Origin: Alphaproteobacteria bacterium
Lineage (GTDB): Bacteria; Pseudomonadota; Alphaproteobacteria; SP197
Reading direction: 5' to 3'
Length of the DNA: 64,000 nucleotides
Assembly: GCA_965228895.1 (NCBI GenBank)
Contig: OZ245842.1
Span: 2,144,001 to 2,208,000 of the forward strand
Shown here: positions 1 through 8,174 of the stretch, in pieces
How positions within the stretch are numbered: position 1 is the stretch's first letter
How the letters are laid out: every line of letters starts with the position of its first letter
The notes under the pieces: generated by a model
What the model saw: only the letters and a program-made list of their open reading frames with translations
Told to the model about the DNA's origin: nothing
Databases searched by the model: none
Program-made: the position numbers and the translations under genes

Positions 1-315
1 TGACAGCATTTCCGTCAAAACCGGCATATGCGCCGGCGGCGAGATCACCCAGCCGTAGAAGCCCGGGTTTCCGTTGCCGCGCGGCTGGCTCAAGATGTGC
101 TCAGCAGCGAAGTCCAGGATCGTATCGGGATCGCTGCCGGTTTCCGGCAGGGGCTGGTTCAGCAGGACGTCGACCGCATCGGGCGTTGGGTCGGGCCGGA
201 TGGGGTCTTTGACGACGTCGCGCAGATGCGCGTTGGCCAAGGCCACGACACGCTCGCCAAGCCGGCGGAACTCGTCTTCATCGATCACCTGGTCGGCGGG
301 GAAGGGGTCGGTCAT
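1..315 (-). CDS. PLP-dependent (group II / aromatic amino-acid) decarboxylase family protein, N-terminal part; runs off the window start
   Basis: Hand translation from ATG at 315: MTDPFPADQVIDEDEFRRLGERVVALANAHL...QPLPETGSDPDTILDFAAEHILSQPRGNGNPGFYGWVISPP. The EFRRLG..., PxxG and [H/N]PxFxGWV motifs resemble group II decarboxylase N-termini. Open to the edge, so absent from the ORF track. Confidence 0.65.
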   Translation of the reverse strand, partial: MTDPFPADQVIDEDEFRRLGERVVALANAHLRDVVKDPIRPDPTPDAVDVLLNQPLPETGSDPDTILDFAAEHILSQPRGNGNPGFYGWVISPPAHMPVLTEMLS

Positions 316-366
316 GCCGCGCTCCTTAAGGTTGATCTTGACCCGGCGCTTGCGCAAGGTCGGGGG

Positions 367-1083
367 ATGGTTGCCAAGGCAAGCACGATGATCGCCGCCG
401 CGCCAGCCACAAGACGCTGCGCACGCTTGGGGCCACTTTGCGGCGCCGTCGTCGTGGCGGCGATGGCGTTGGTTGCGGGAACGCCGGCGCAGGCCGGGCA
501 GACCGTATTGAGCGATCTCACGCGGACGGAAACCGTATATTTCTGGCCCGATCTCTACCGAAACGGCGGCGAGACGCTTTACTGCCGGCAGCCGTTTTCG
601 GTCCGGCTTGGGCTGACCATGGCCCATGTCTACGCGCCCGAATGGGTCGCCTTTCAACTGGACTGTGACGACGTCGACCAGTGCCGCGGGGCGGTGCCTG
701 CCTTCGCTTACATTGAATCGGATCTGCACAATCTCTACCCCGCGCGTCTGGGCACGGACGACGCGCGCGGCGAACTGCCGTTCGGCTATGTGCCCGGCGA
801 CCGCCGCGATTTCGGGCAAGACTGCATCTTCAAGGTCGATCCGGCACGTGGCCTGGCGCAGCCGCCGGTACCGGCACGCGGCGATATTGCCCGCGCCGTT
901 CTCTATATGATGTGGGAGTACGGCCTTACGCTGCCGCGTTTGATGACGCGCGATCTCTTGCGCCAGTGGCACCGGGAGGATCCCGTCGATGCCGGGGAAC
1001 GAGAGCGCAACGACTCGATCGCGGCGATCCAGGGCAACCGCAACCCGTTCATCGATACGCCGGAACTGGTCGACAGGTTCTGA
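367..1083 (+). CDS. Endonuclease I (EndA/NucM-like) family, probably secreted
   Basis: Motifs TLYC, ESDLHNLYPA, RGDIARAVLYM, W...DPVDAGERERN..I..IQGNRNPFID; signal-peptide-like hydrophobic N-terminus ending in AQA. The ORF-track start (28) overlaps the minus-strand gene, so the start is more likely 367 or 388. Confidence 0.85.
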   Translation: MVAKASTMIAAAPATRRCARLGPLCGAVVVAAMALVAGTPAQAGQTVLSDLTRTETVYFWPDLYRNGGETLYCRQPFSVRLGLTMAHVYAPEWVAFQLDCDDVDQCRGAVPAFAYIESDLHNLYPARLGTDDARGELPFGYVPGDRRDFGQDCIFKVDPARGLAQPPVPARGDIARAVLYMMWEYGLTLPRLMTRDLLRQWHREDPVDAGERERNDSIAAIQGNRNPFIDTPELVDRF

Positions 1084-1228
1084 TCTGGCGGCATGGTTTT
1101 GCCGCTGTCTGCGCAACCTGGGGGCTGTCATCTTCTCTTGCTCCCGCACCTGACCTTCGGCTAGTGGTGGCTGGCTCACCGGTGCGCGAGATAGCGGGAG
1201 TTTTTCAGGGCTGGGCGGCGGGTTTGGT

Positions 1229-1987
1229 TTGATCGACGTCACGGACATATCGAAGTCCTTCGGCGGCATGCGTGCGGTTGAAGACTGCAGCCTGCGCATC
1301 GAGACCGGCAAAATCACCGGCGTCATCGGTCCGAACGGCGCCGGTAAGACGACGCTGTTCAATATGATCGCCGGCACCATGAAGCCGGATGCCGGGCAGA
1401 TCGTCATGGACGGCAAGGACGTGACCGGCTGGCCGTCCCACCGGCTCTATGGCGAGGGACTTGTCCGGACCTATCAGATCCCACGCGAGTTTTCGCAGAT
1501 GACGGTGGTCGAGAACTTGATGGTGGCCGCGCCCGATCAACCGGGCGATCAGCTTTGGCGAACCCTGTTTCAGCGCCGGCGTGTCGCCGATTTCGACAAT
1601 GGGATCCGCGAGCGCGCGGAGGAGGTTCTGGCGTTCCTGCAGATCCAGAAGCTGCGCAACGAACTCGCCGGCCATTTGTCGGGCGGTCAGAAGAAGCTGA
1701 TCGAAATCGGCCGCACGATGATGACCGAGGCCAAGGTGGCGCTGTTGGATGAGCCCGGCGCCGGGGTCAACCGAACGCTGTTGGTCAAGATCTGCGACAC
1801 TATCCTGCGTCTCAACAAGGAGCGCGGCTACACCATCTGCATCATCGAACACGACATGGATGTGATCTCGCGCCTGTCTGACACGGTCATCGTTATGGCG
1901 GAAGGCAAGGTGCTGACCCAGGGTTCCATGGCCGAGATACGCGCCAACAAGGCTGTCATCGAGGCTTATCTGGGTGGCGCATCGTGA
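1229..1987 (+). CDS. HAAT (branched-chain/neutral amino acid) ABC transporter ATP-binding protein, LivG-like
   Basis: Walker [25 protein letters not shown]-terminal AYLG. Confidence 0.92.
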   Translation: MIDVTDISKSFGGMRAVEDCSLRIETGKITGVIGPNGAGKTTLFNMIAGTMKPDAGQIVMDGKDVTGWPSHRLYGEGLVRTYQIPREFSQMTVVENLMVAAPDQPGDQLWRTLFQRRRVADFDNGIRERAEEVLAFLQIQKLRNELAGHLSGGQKKLIEIGRTMMTEAKVALLDEPGAGVNRTLLVKICDTILRLNKERGYTICIIEHDMDVISRLSDTVIVMAEGKVLTQGSMAEIRANKAVIEAYLGGAS

Positions 1988-2694
1988 GTCTGTTGGTGGT
2001 CGATCATGTGACCGGTGGGTACGGCGACTCAACCATCCTTCAGGACCTCTCCGTTCGGGTCGACGAGAACGAGATCGTCGTTCTGATCGGGCCCAATGGT
2101 GCAGGCAAGTCCACGGTCATGAAGGCGATATTCGGCCTTGCCAATGTGCGCGAGGGAACCATCACGTTCGCCGAGCATGACATCACCCGGCTGCGAACCG
2201 ACCGCATCGTGCGCCGCGGCATCGGCTACGTACCTCAGGAATACAATGTCTTCCCCACTATGAGCGTGCACGAAAACCTGGAGATGGGCGCGTTTACCCG
2301 AAGCGACGATATCGAGCCCTTGATCGCGCGCATGTTCGAGTTGTTCCCGGACCTGAAAGACAAACGCCGCGATCCCGCCGGCTCGCTTTCCGGCGGACAA
2401 CGGCAGATGGTCGCGTTCGCCCGCGCGCTCATGCTGGAGCCGCAACTGATCATGCTCGACGAACCAACAGCCGGTCTGTCGCCGCTCTACATGGAGCAGA
2501 TCTTCAACAAGGTCATCGATATCAACAAACTCGGCACGACCGTCCTGATGGTCGAGCAGAACGCCAAACAGGCACTTGCCATTGCCGACAGGGGTTATGT
2601 CCTGGTCCAGGGACACGCACGTTATGAGAACACAGGCGCGAACCTCCTGGCCGATCCCGAAGTCGGTGAACTGTTCCTGGGCGGCGGGGCCTGA
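1984..2694 (+). CDS. HAAT ABC transporter ATP-binding protein, LivF-like
   Basis: GPNGAGKST, LSGGQRQM, LDEPT, VEQNA; GTGA overlap with the upstream stop. Confidence 0.92.
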   Translation: MSLLVVDHVTGGYGDSTILQDLSVRVDENEIVVLIGPNGAGKSTVMKAIFGLANVREGTITFAEHDITRLRTDRIVRRGIGYVPQEYNVFPTMSVHENLEMGAFTRSDDIEPLIARMFELFPDLKDKRRDPAGSLSGGQRQMVAFARALMLEPQLIMLDEPTAGLSPLYMEQIFNKVIDINKLGTTVLMVEQNAKQALAIADRGYVLVQGHARYENTGANLLADPEVGELFLGGGA

Positions 2695-2703
2695 GGACCG
2701 GCC

Positions 2704-3573
2704 ATGGAGATCGTTGAGATCATTCGTCTGCTGATCCACGGTCTGGTGCTGGGCAGCATCCTGACCCTGGGCGCGGTTGGCCTGTCGCTGCAATACGGCA
2801 TCCTGCGTTTCGCCAATTTTGCCCATGGCGACGTGATAACGCTGGGCGCCTATTTCGGTCTGTTCGCGATTACCGCTTCGGGCGTCCAGGCCTGGGCGGC
2901 GCTGCCGTTCGCCATGCTGATGACGTTCCTGGTCGCACTCGCGATTGATCAGACGCTCTACAAACGATTGCGCAGCACGCAGCCGATTATCCTGCTGATC
3001 GCCTCGGTCGGCATCGCCTTCATGATGCGCAGCGCCATCAGTTTGATCTGGGGGCCGGACAATCACGTCTATCAGGCCGGTGTCCAGGTTCCCATCAGAG
3101 TCGGAGATGTTCCCATCAAACCGGTTTGGATCATGATCGTCGGCGGCGCGGCGATCCTGGTCCTGGCACTGCATCTCTTCCTGAAGCACACCAAGGTCGG
3201 CAAGGCGATGCGCGCGATGAGCGACAACCGTGATCTCGCGCAGGCCAGCGGCATCGCGGTCGAACGGGTTATCATCTGGACCTGGGCGATCAGCGCTGCG
3301 CTGGCCGCGGCAGCCGGCGTCATGCTGGGCATGGATACGCAGCTCAACCCGGTTATGGGTTGGAAGCTGCTGTTGCCGATCTTTGCCGCGGCGATCCTGG
3401 GCGGTATCGGCAAACCTTATGGCGCGATTGCCGGTGGTCTGACGATCGGCGTCGTCCAGGAGATGTCAACGCTTGCGATTGCGCCGGCCTATAAACCTGC
3501 GATCGCCTTTGGCCTGATGGTCATCATCTTGATTTGGCGCCCGACCGGTCTGTTTTCGGGGAGGTCGACCTGA
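2704..3573 (+). CDS. HAAT ABC transporter permease, LivH-like
   Basis: NFAHGD motif, GKAMRA, ILGGIG, RPTGLF; multiple TM helices. Confidence 0.92.
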   Translation: MEIVEIIRLLIHGLVLGSILTLGAVGLSLQYGILRFANFAHGDVITLGAYFGLFAITASGVQAWAALPFAMLMTFLVALAIDQTLYKRLRSTQPIILLIASVGIAFMMRSAISLIWGPDNHVYQAGVQVPIRVGDVPIKPVWIMIVGGAAILVLALHLFLKHTKVGKAMRAMSDNRDLAQASGIAVERVIIWTWAISAALAAAAGVMLGMDTQLNPVMGWKLLLPIFAAAILGGIGKPYGAIAGGLTIGVVQEMSTLAIAPAYKPAIAFGLMVIILIWRPTGLFSGRST

Positions 3574-4532
3574 TGGAACTCGTCGGCATCTTGAACTACC
3601 TGGTGTTCTTCCTGGTGTTTGCCGGGATCTACGCCATCGTTGCGCTCGGTCTCAATATGCAATGGGGCCTGACCGGACTGTTCAACATCGGCATTGCCGC
3701 TTTCTTTGCGATCGGCGCCTACACGACCGGCATCTTGACCTCGCCACCATCGCCCAACCATGTCGGCGGTTTCGGCTTGCCGTTTCCCGTTGGGTTGCTC
3801 GCCGCCATGGTGACGTCGGCCGTGCTGGCGCTCTTGATCGGTCTCGTGACGTTGCGGCTAAGGGCCGACTATCTGGCGATCTCGACGATCGGGCTTGCCG
3901 AACTGGTTCGGCTGGTCCTGAAGAACGAGGACTGGCTGACCAACGGTGTTCGTGGCATGCCGGGCATACCACGCCCCCTCGGCCACGTGCTGGGCGCTGA
4001 CTTCAATTACTTCTACCTGGCCCTCGTCATCGTCATCCTGCTGGTCCTCTACGGGCTCTGCGAAATCTTGCGCAAGGCGCCGTGGGGCAGGGTGCTGAGG
4101 GCGCTGCGCGAAGACGAACAGGCAGCGTCGTCAACCGGCAAGAACATAGTTTCGTTTCGCCTGCAGTCGTTCGTTGTGGGTTCGTCGATCATGGGCTTGG
4201 CCGGCGCGCTTTATGCTCACTTCTTCGGTTTCATCTCGCCGGAATCGTTCGAACCGATGCAGACGACTTTCCTGATCTGGGTGATGTTGATCGCCGGCGG
4301 CAGCGGCAACAACAGGGGCGCCATCCTCGGTGCGTTCGTCATCTGGGGTGTGTTCTCGGCGACCGATTTCGCAACCAGGCTCCTGCCGCCGGACATGATT
4401 ACCCAGGCCGGCCATATTCGTATTCTGCTTGTTGGCTTGTTGCTTTGCGTCATCCTGGTGATCCGGCCCCAGGGGATCTTAAGCGAAGAGGGCATGTTGC
4501 GCCGCGAAGCGCGTCGCCGCGACAAGATCTAG
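3573..4532 (+). CDS. HAAT ABC transporter permease, LivM-like
   Basis: GLTGLFNIG, LRLRADYLAI, ALREDE, GGSGN, PQG motifs; ATG at 3573 overlaps the upstream TGA. Confidence 0.92.
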   Translation: MELVGILNYLVFFLVFAGIYAIVALGLNMQWGLTGLFNIGIAAFFAIGAYTTGILTSPPSPNHVGGFGLPFPVGLLAAMVTSAVLALLIGLVTLRLRADYLAISTIGLAELVRLVLKNEDWLTNGVRGMPGIPRPLGHVLGADFNYFYLALVIVILLVLYGLCEILRKAPWGRVLRALREDEQAASSTGKNIVSFRLQSFVVGSSIMGLAGALYAHFFGFISPESFEPMQTTFLIWVMLIAGGSGNNRGAILGAFVIWGVFSATDFATRLLPPDMITQAGHIRILLVGLLLCVILVIRPQGILSEEGMLRREARRRDKI

Positions 4533-4590
4533 GCGTCCTCCGGCGTTGACGCTCGGTTTCCAAGGGAACATCAGAAAGGCTGACGGCATC

Positions 4591-4986
4591 ATGCTGACGG
4601 GTACATGCCATTGTGGCGAACTCACCTGGCGTTTCGATCACAAGCCCCAGACAGCAACGGGTTGCAGTTGTACGATCTGCCGCCGCTACGGCGCGCTGTG
4701 GGGGTATGGCTGGGAAGACCAGAGCGTAACGACGTCCGGCCCCAGTAAGGCGTACACCTGGGGAGACAAAACCATCGGATTTCATTTCTGCCCGACCTGC
4801 GGCTGCCTTGGTTTCTACCGGGCGTTGGCACCCGATGATGAAGGCCGGCGTAGAATCGCGGTTAACCTGCGCATGATCGACGATCCCGGCCTTGTCGCGG
4901 ATATCCCCGTCAATCACTTCGACGGACTCGACACGTGGAAGCGCCAGCCGCGCGACGAGCGGTGCGTCGCCGATATGTGGTTCTGA
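4591..4986 (+). CDS. GFA/CENP-V family zinc-binding protein
   Basis: GTCHCG, CSCTICRR, FCPTCG cysteine motifs and AVNLR. Confidence 0.88.
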   Translation: MLTGTCHCGELTWRFDHKPQTATGCSCTICRRYGALWGYGWEDQSVTTSGPSKAYTWGDKTIGFHFCPTCGCLGFYRALAPDDEGRRRIAVNLRMIDDPGLVADIPVNHFDGLDTWKRQPRDERCVADMWF

Positions 4987-5007
4987 CAACCTGTTTGCAG
5001 CAAACAA

Positions 5008-5040
5008 AGAAAAAGGTGCCGCGGCAAAAACCGCGACCCG
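5008..5040 (-). terminator. Probable intrinsic terminator between the convergent GFA and solute-binding-protein genes
   Basis: Imperfect stem GGTGCCGCGG/CCGCGACC followed on the minus strand by a T run. Confidence 0.5.
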
Positions 5041-5061
5041 TTGTGCAGCGATCATTGTCAA

Positions 5062-6261
5062 TCAGGGTTCGATCATGCTGTGGGTCACGATCTCGCCGTC
5101 CTCGATACCCCAGAACGCGAAAGTGCCGCTGACGTCGCCGTTGTCGTCGAAGTTCTGGGAACCGGCGGCGCCGACATAGTTGATGTCCTCACCGGCGGCG
5201 ATCAGTTCCTTCGCCTTGGCGAACTCACCCGGCAGGATTTCGGCGCCCGGCGGGTTGGCGACCGAACGCAGGGCGTCGCGGATCGCCGTCGGGTCATCGG
5301 AGCCGGCCTTTTCGATCGCCAGCGCGGCCAGCATCGCCGCGTCATAGGCTGAGTCGATGAACGGTTTGGGTGGCAGTTCACCGAAGCGGGCTTCATACAA
5401 CTCGACAAACTTGACCGCGCCGTCACTGTCGGCGACAGCCTGTGGCGTCGTGCCGATGGAACCGTTCAGCGGTTCGCCGATCGCATCGATGATCTCCGGC
5501 GCCTTCATGCCGTCGGTGAAGATGAACGTGTCGAAGTAACCTTCTTCAAGTCCCTGCCGCAGGATCGTGATGCCGTTTTCGGGATATCCGATCAGGATCA
5601 ACGCTTCAGCGTCGTTGGCGGCTGCCTCGCGCAGTTCACCGCGATAGGACGCCTGGCCGGGTTCATAGGCAAGCGACACGACATCGCCGTCGAAATTGGC
5701 TTCGAACGTCTCGGCCAGACCTTTGCCGTAGTCGTTGTTGATATAGAGAACGCCGACGCTGTCATGGCCGGCTTCTTTTGTCACGTTGGCCAGTACGACA
5801 CCCTGCAGGGCATCGCTCGGCACCGAACGGAACAGGAAGTCGTTGTCGTCGAGTGTCGTGATCACCGGTGAGGTCGAGGCCGTCGAGATCTGCGGTATGC
5901 CGTTGACGGACGTGACGCTTGTGGCAATCGGGATCGTCACACCGGACGAGAGCGCGCCAACGACGACGGTTGCGCCGTCAACCGAGACCAGCTTCTGTGC
6001 GGCATCGACGCCGCCTTGCGGGTTGGTCTGCGTATCGCCGACAACCAGGTCGAGCGTGTTGCCGTTGACGCCGCCAGCTTCGTTGACCTGCTCGACCGCC
6101 ATGATGACGCCGTTGAGCGAGGTTTCGCCGTAGACCTGAAGGTCCCCGGTCATCGGCATCAGCGCGCCCAGGGTTTCGGCGGCGGCGTTGCCGCCGACCG
6201 CGAGGCCAGCGATCATCGCGCCCGAAAGAAGCGCCTGCTTCAGTTTCAGTCCATGTCTCAT
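5062..6261 (-). CDS. HAAT-family periplasmic substrate-binding protein (PBP1 fold, NatB-like)
   Basis: Signal peptide, NEAGGVNG, GALSSGVT, FLFRSVPSDALQG, YDAA, INYVGAAG..FDDNGDV; RBS GGAGGA before ATG 6261. Confidence 0.88.
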   Translation of the reverse strand: MRHGLKLKQALLSGAMIAGLAVGGNAAAETLGALMPMTGDLQVYGETSLNGVIMAVEQVNEAGGVNGNTLDLVVGDTQTNPQGGVDAAQKLVSVDGATVVVGALSSGVTIPIATSVTSVNGIPQISTASTSPVITTLDDNDFLFRSVPSDALQGVVLANVTKEAGHDSVGVLYINNDYGKGLAETFEANFDGDVVSLAYEPGQASYRGELREAAANDAEALILIGYPENGITILRQGLEEGYFDTFIFTDGMKAPEIIDAIGEPLNGSIGTTPQAVADSDGAVKFVELYEARFGELPPKPFIDSAYDAAMLAALAIEKAGSDDPTAIRDALRSVANPPGAEILPGEFAKAKELIAAGEDINYVGAAGSQNFDDNGDVSGTFAFWGIEDGEIVTHSMIEP

Positions 6262-6324
6262 GCTCGTTCCTCCACGAAGACTAGCCTTGCGTCCGACCTG
6301 CACGTGTCGGTTGATTGGGTCGGA

Positions 6325-6464
6325 GACTAGAGCAGATCCTGTTTTGATGGAATCGCTTCGCGATGACATCAAGGCAGGTGAATCTGCTCTAGTCATAGAT
6401 GGAGAGCGGATTCACATGGTCAGGGGGAGCCGTTTAACGGTTCCCCCTAACCATGATCCGCTCT
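6325..6464. repeat. Double-hairpin palindromic intergenic element (RIME/MITE-like)
   Basis: Hairpin 1 arms GACTAGAGCAGAT (6325-6337)/ATCTGCTCTAGTC (6382-6394); hairpin 2 arms AGAGCGGAT (6403-6411)/ATCCGCTCT (6456-6464); both have long internal stems. Confidence 0.7.
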
Positions 6465-6510
6465 GGCGTGCCTCGGCTTTGTCTGTCATCAAGCCGATTG
6501 ACGGGATGCC

Positions 6511-6547
6511 GAAAGAAATCGGCCGCCGGGTTGCCCCGGCGGCCGAT
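6511..6547 (-). terminator. Intrinsic terminator downstream of livK
   Basis: 13-bp perfect stem ATCGGCCGCCGGG/CCCGGCGGCCGAT with a 4-nt loop, then TTCTTT on the minus strand. Confidence 0.8.
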
Positions 6548-6573
6548 CGGATCATGTTCAGATGAGCGGATAA

Positions 6574-7674
6574 TCAGTAGTAGTCGTAAACACCTTCTTT
6601 CCACTCGTACATCACATAGCCAGGCGCGGTGACGTCACCTTTTTCGTCAAAGCCGATTTCGCCCAGGACGGTATCGAAGGTGCCGGTGTTCAGCGCTTCG
6701 ATCACGGCGTCGAAATCGGTTGTGCCGGCTGCTTCGACGGCCTGCGCCCATGCCTGAATGGCGGCATAGGTGTAGAGCACGTAGCCTTCCGGCTCGACGC
6801 CCTTGGCGCGGAACGCCTCGACGATGTCGGCAGCGGCCGGGTTCTTGCGCGGGTCCGGGCTGAACGTCATCAACGTGCCTTCGCCGGCATCACCGGTGAT
6901 CGACCAGTATTCGTCGGTGACCAGCGCGTCGCCGGACATCAGAACGGTTTCCATCCCCTGTTCGCGCATCTGACGCACCATGAGACCGGCTTCGGTGTGA
7001 TAACCGCCGACATAGAGAACGTCGATGTCTTCGGCCTTCAACTTGGACACCAGCGCCGAATAGTCCTTCTCGCCAGCCGTGTAGGCTTCGTACATGGCTT
7101 CGGTCACGCCGGCGTTGTTAAGCGCCGCACGAGTCTCGTCGGCCAAGCCTTTACCGTAGGCTGTCTTGTCATGAACGATTGCGATGTTCATGTCGCCGAA
7201 GTTGTCGGCCATGAAACCACCGGCGACCAGGCCCTGCTGGTCGTCACGGCCGCAGACGCGATAGACGCCCGGACCGCCTTCGTCGGTCAGTGCCGGGTTG
7301 GTCGAAGCGGGCGAGATCTGAAGAATGCCTTCCTCGTCATAGACCTGCGACGCCGGGATCGACGAACCCGAACAGAAATGACCGGCGACGAACACGACGC
7401 CGTCATTGACGAACTGGTTGGCGATGGCGACGGCCTGCTTGGGATCGCACGCGTCGTCACCGACCGCGAGGCCGAGATCTTCGCCCAACACGCCGCCTGC
7501 GGCATTGATATCCGCGACAGCCTGTTCGGCGCCATTTTGCATCTGTTCGCCAAACGAGGCGTACTGACCGGTCATCGGACCGGCCGTTGCGATAAGGATA
7601 TCCGCATTCGCTGACATGGTTCCAAAGAACAGCGCCGTCGCGGCGGCAGATACCACCAATCCAAAACGTTTCAT
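6574..7674 (-). CDS. livK: Branched-chain amino acid ABC transporter substrate-binding protein (LivK/LivJ/BraC)
   Basis: GPMTG, DDACDPKQA, GHFCSGSSIPAS, RVCGRDDQQG, HDKTAYGKGLA; RBS GGGAGGA. Confidence 0.93.
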   Translation of the reverse strand: MKRFGLVVSAAATALFFGTMSANADILIATAGPMTGQYASFGEQMQNGAEQAVADINAAGGVLGEDLGLAVGDDACDPKQAVAIANQFVNDGVVFVAGHFCSGSSIPASQVYDEEGILQISPASTNPALTDEGGPGVYRVCGRDDQQGLVAGGFMADNFGDMNIAIVHDKTAYGKGLADETRAALNNAGVTEAMYEAYTAGEKDYSALVSKLKAEDIDVLYVGGYHTEAGLMVRQMREQGMETVLMSGDALVTDEYWSITGDAGEGTLMTFSPDPRKNPAAADIVEAFRAKGVEPEGYVLYTYAAIQAWAQAVEAAGTTDFDAVIEALNTGTFDTVLGEIGFDEKGDVTAPGYVMYEWKEGVYDYY

Positions 7675-7773
7675 CAACTTCCTCCCTGCTTGGATGACCC
7701 CGAGAGGTCAACAAAGAATACTTGCGCCCCCATACTTGTATGCAGACCAGACATGGTCGCTTACATGTCCGAA

Positions 7774-7802
7774 AGGTTAGGACTAACTATCGTTAACGGC
7801 AA
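7774..7802 (-). promoter_or_regulatory. Putative sigma70 promoter for livK
   Basis: Minus strand TTGCCG-N17-TAACCT in an AT-richer spacer about 100 bp upstream of the start. Confidence 0.5.
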
Positions 7803-7814
7803 CGGAAAACAGGA

Positions 7815-8174
7815 TTACTCGGTTCGTCCGGAATCGGTTGTTTCGCGCCAACCGAAGAGCCCGTTGCGCTCATAGATCCAGGGGTACTGCTCGACCATGT
7901 TGCGCGCCTTGTTCATGCGGTAGGCAACGAGCGCGATCGCCGTCAAGATAACCGTGTCGATGATGTAGCCGGTGATCAGCCACAACTCGCCATCGGCCAG
8001 CGCGTAGACGGCGAAACGATCGGCACAACCCAATAGCAGGCTGTAACCGACAACCATCCAGGTCGGGCGCCAGCGGTTGGCCATGGCCTGGCCGGTCAGG
8101 AACGCCGCGCCGCCGCCCAGAACAAGCGTGACCACGACGAAGACGAGCCACGTCGTGCCGATCAGTTCGGTCAT
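7815..8174 (-). CDS. Small membrane protein of alphaproteobacterial liv/bra operons (DUF6867-like)
   Basis: 3 TM segments, AFLTGQAMANRWRP and MVEQYPWIYERNGLFGW motifs; ATGA-coupled to livF. Confidence 0.7.
   Translation of the reverse strand: MTELIGTTWLVFVVVTLVLGGGAAFLTGQAMANRWRPTWMVVGYSLLLGCADRFAVYALADGELWLITGYIIDTVILTAIALVAYRMNKARNMVEQYPWIYERNGLFGWRETTDSGRTE

Noticed and set aside
28-366. N-terminal ~113 aa of the 351-aa endonuclease ORF as a novel fused domain
   Set aside because: It is the antisense shadow of the minus-strand decarboxylase; the signal peptide begins after 367.
7678-7690. GGGAGGA before livK as an AbcR/GcvB sRNA target
   Set aside because: It cannot be distinguished from a strong Shine-Dalgarno sequence, and nothing in the window shows the sRNA exists in this lineage.
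7776-7798. CtrA box (TTAA-N7-TTAAC) in the livK promoter
   Set aside because: Half-site spacing and sequence do not fit on either strand.
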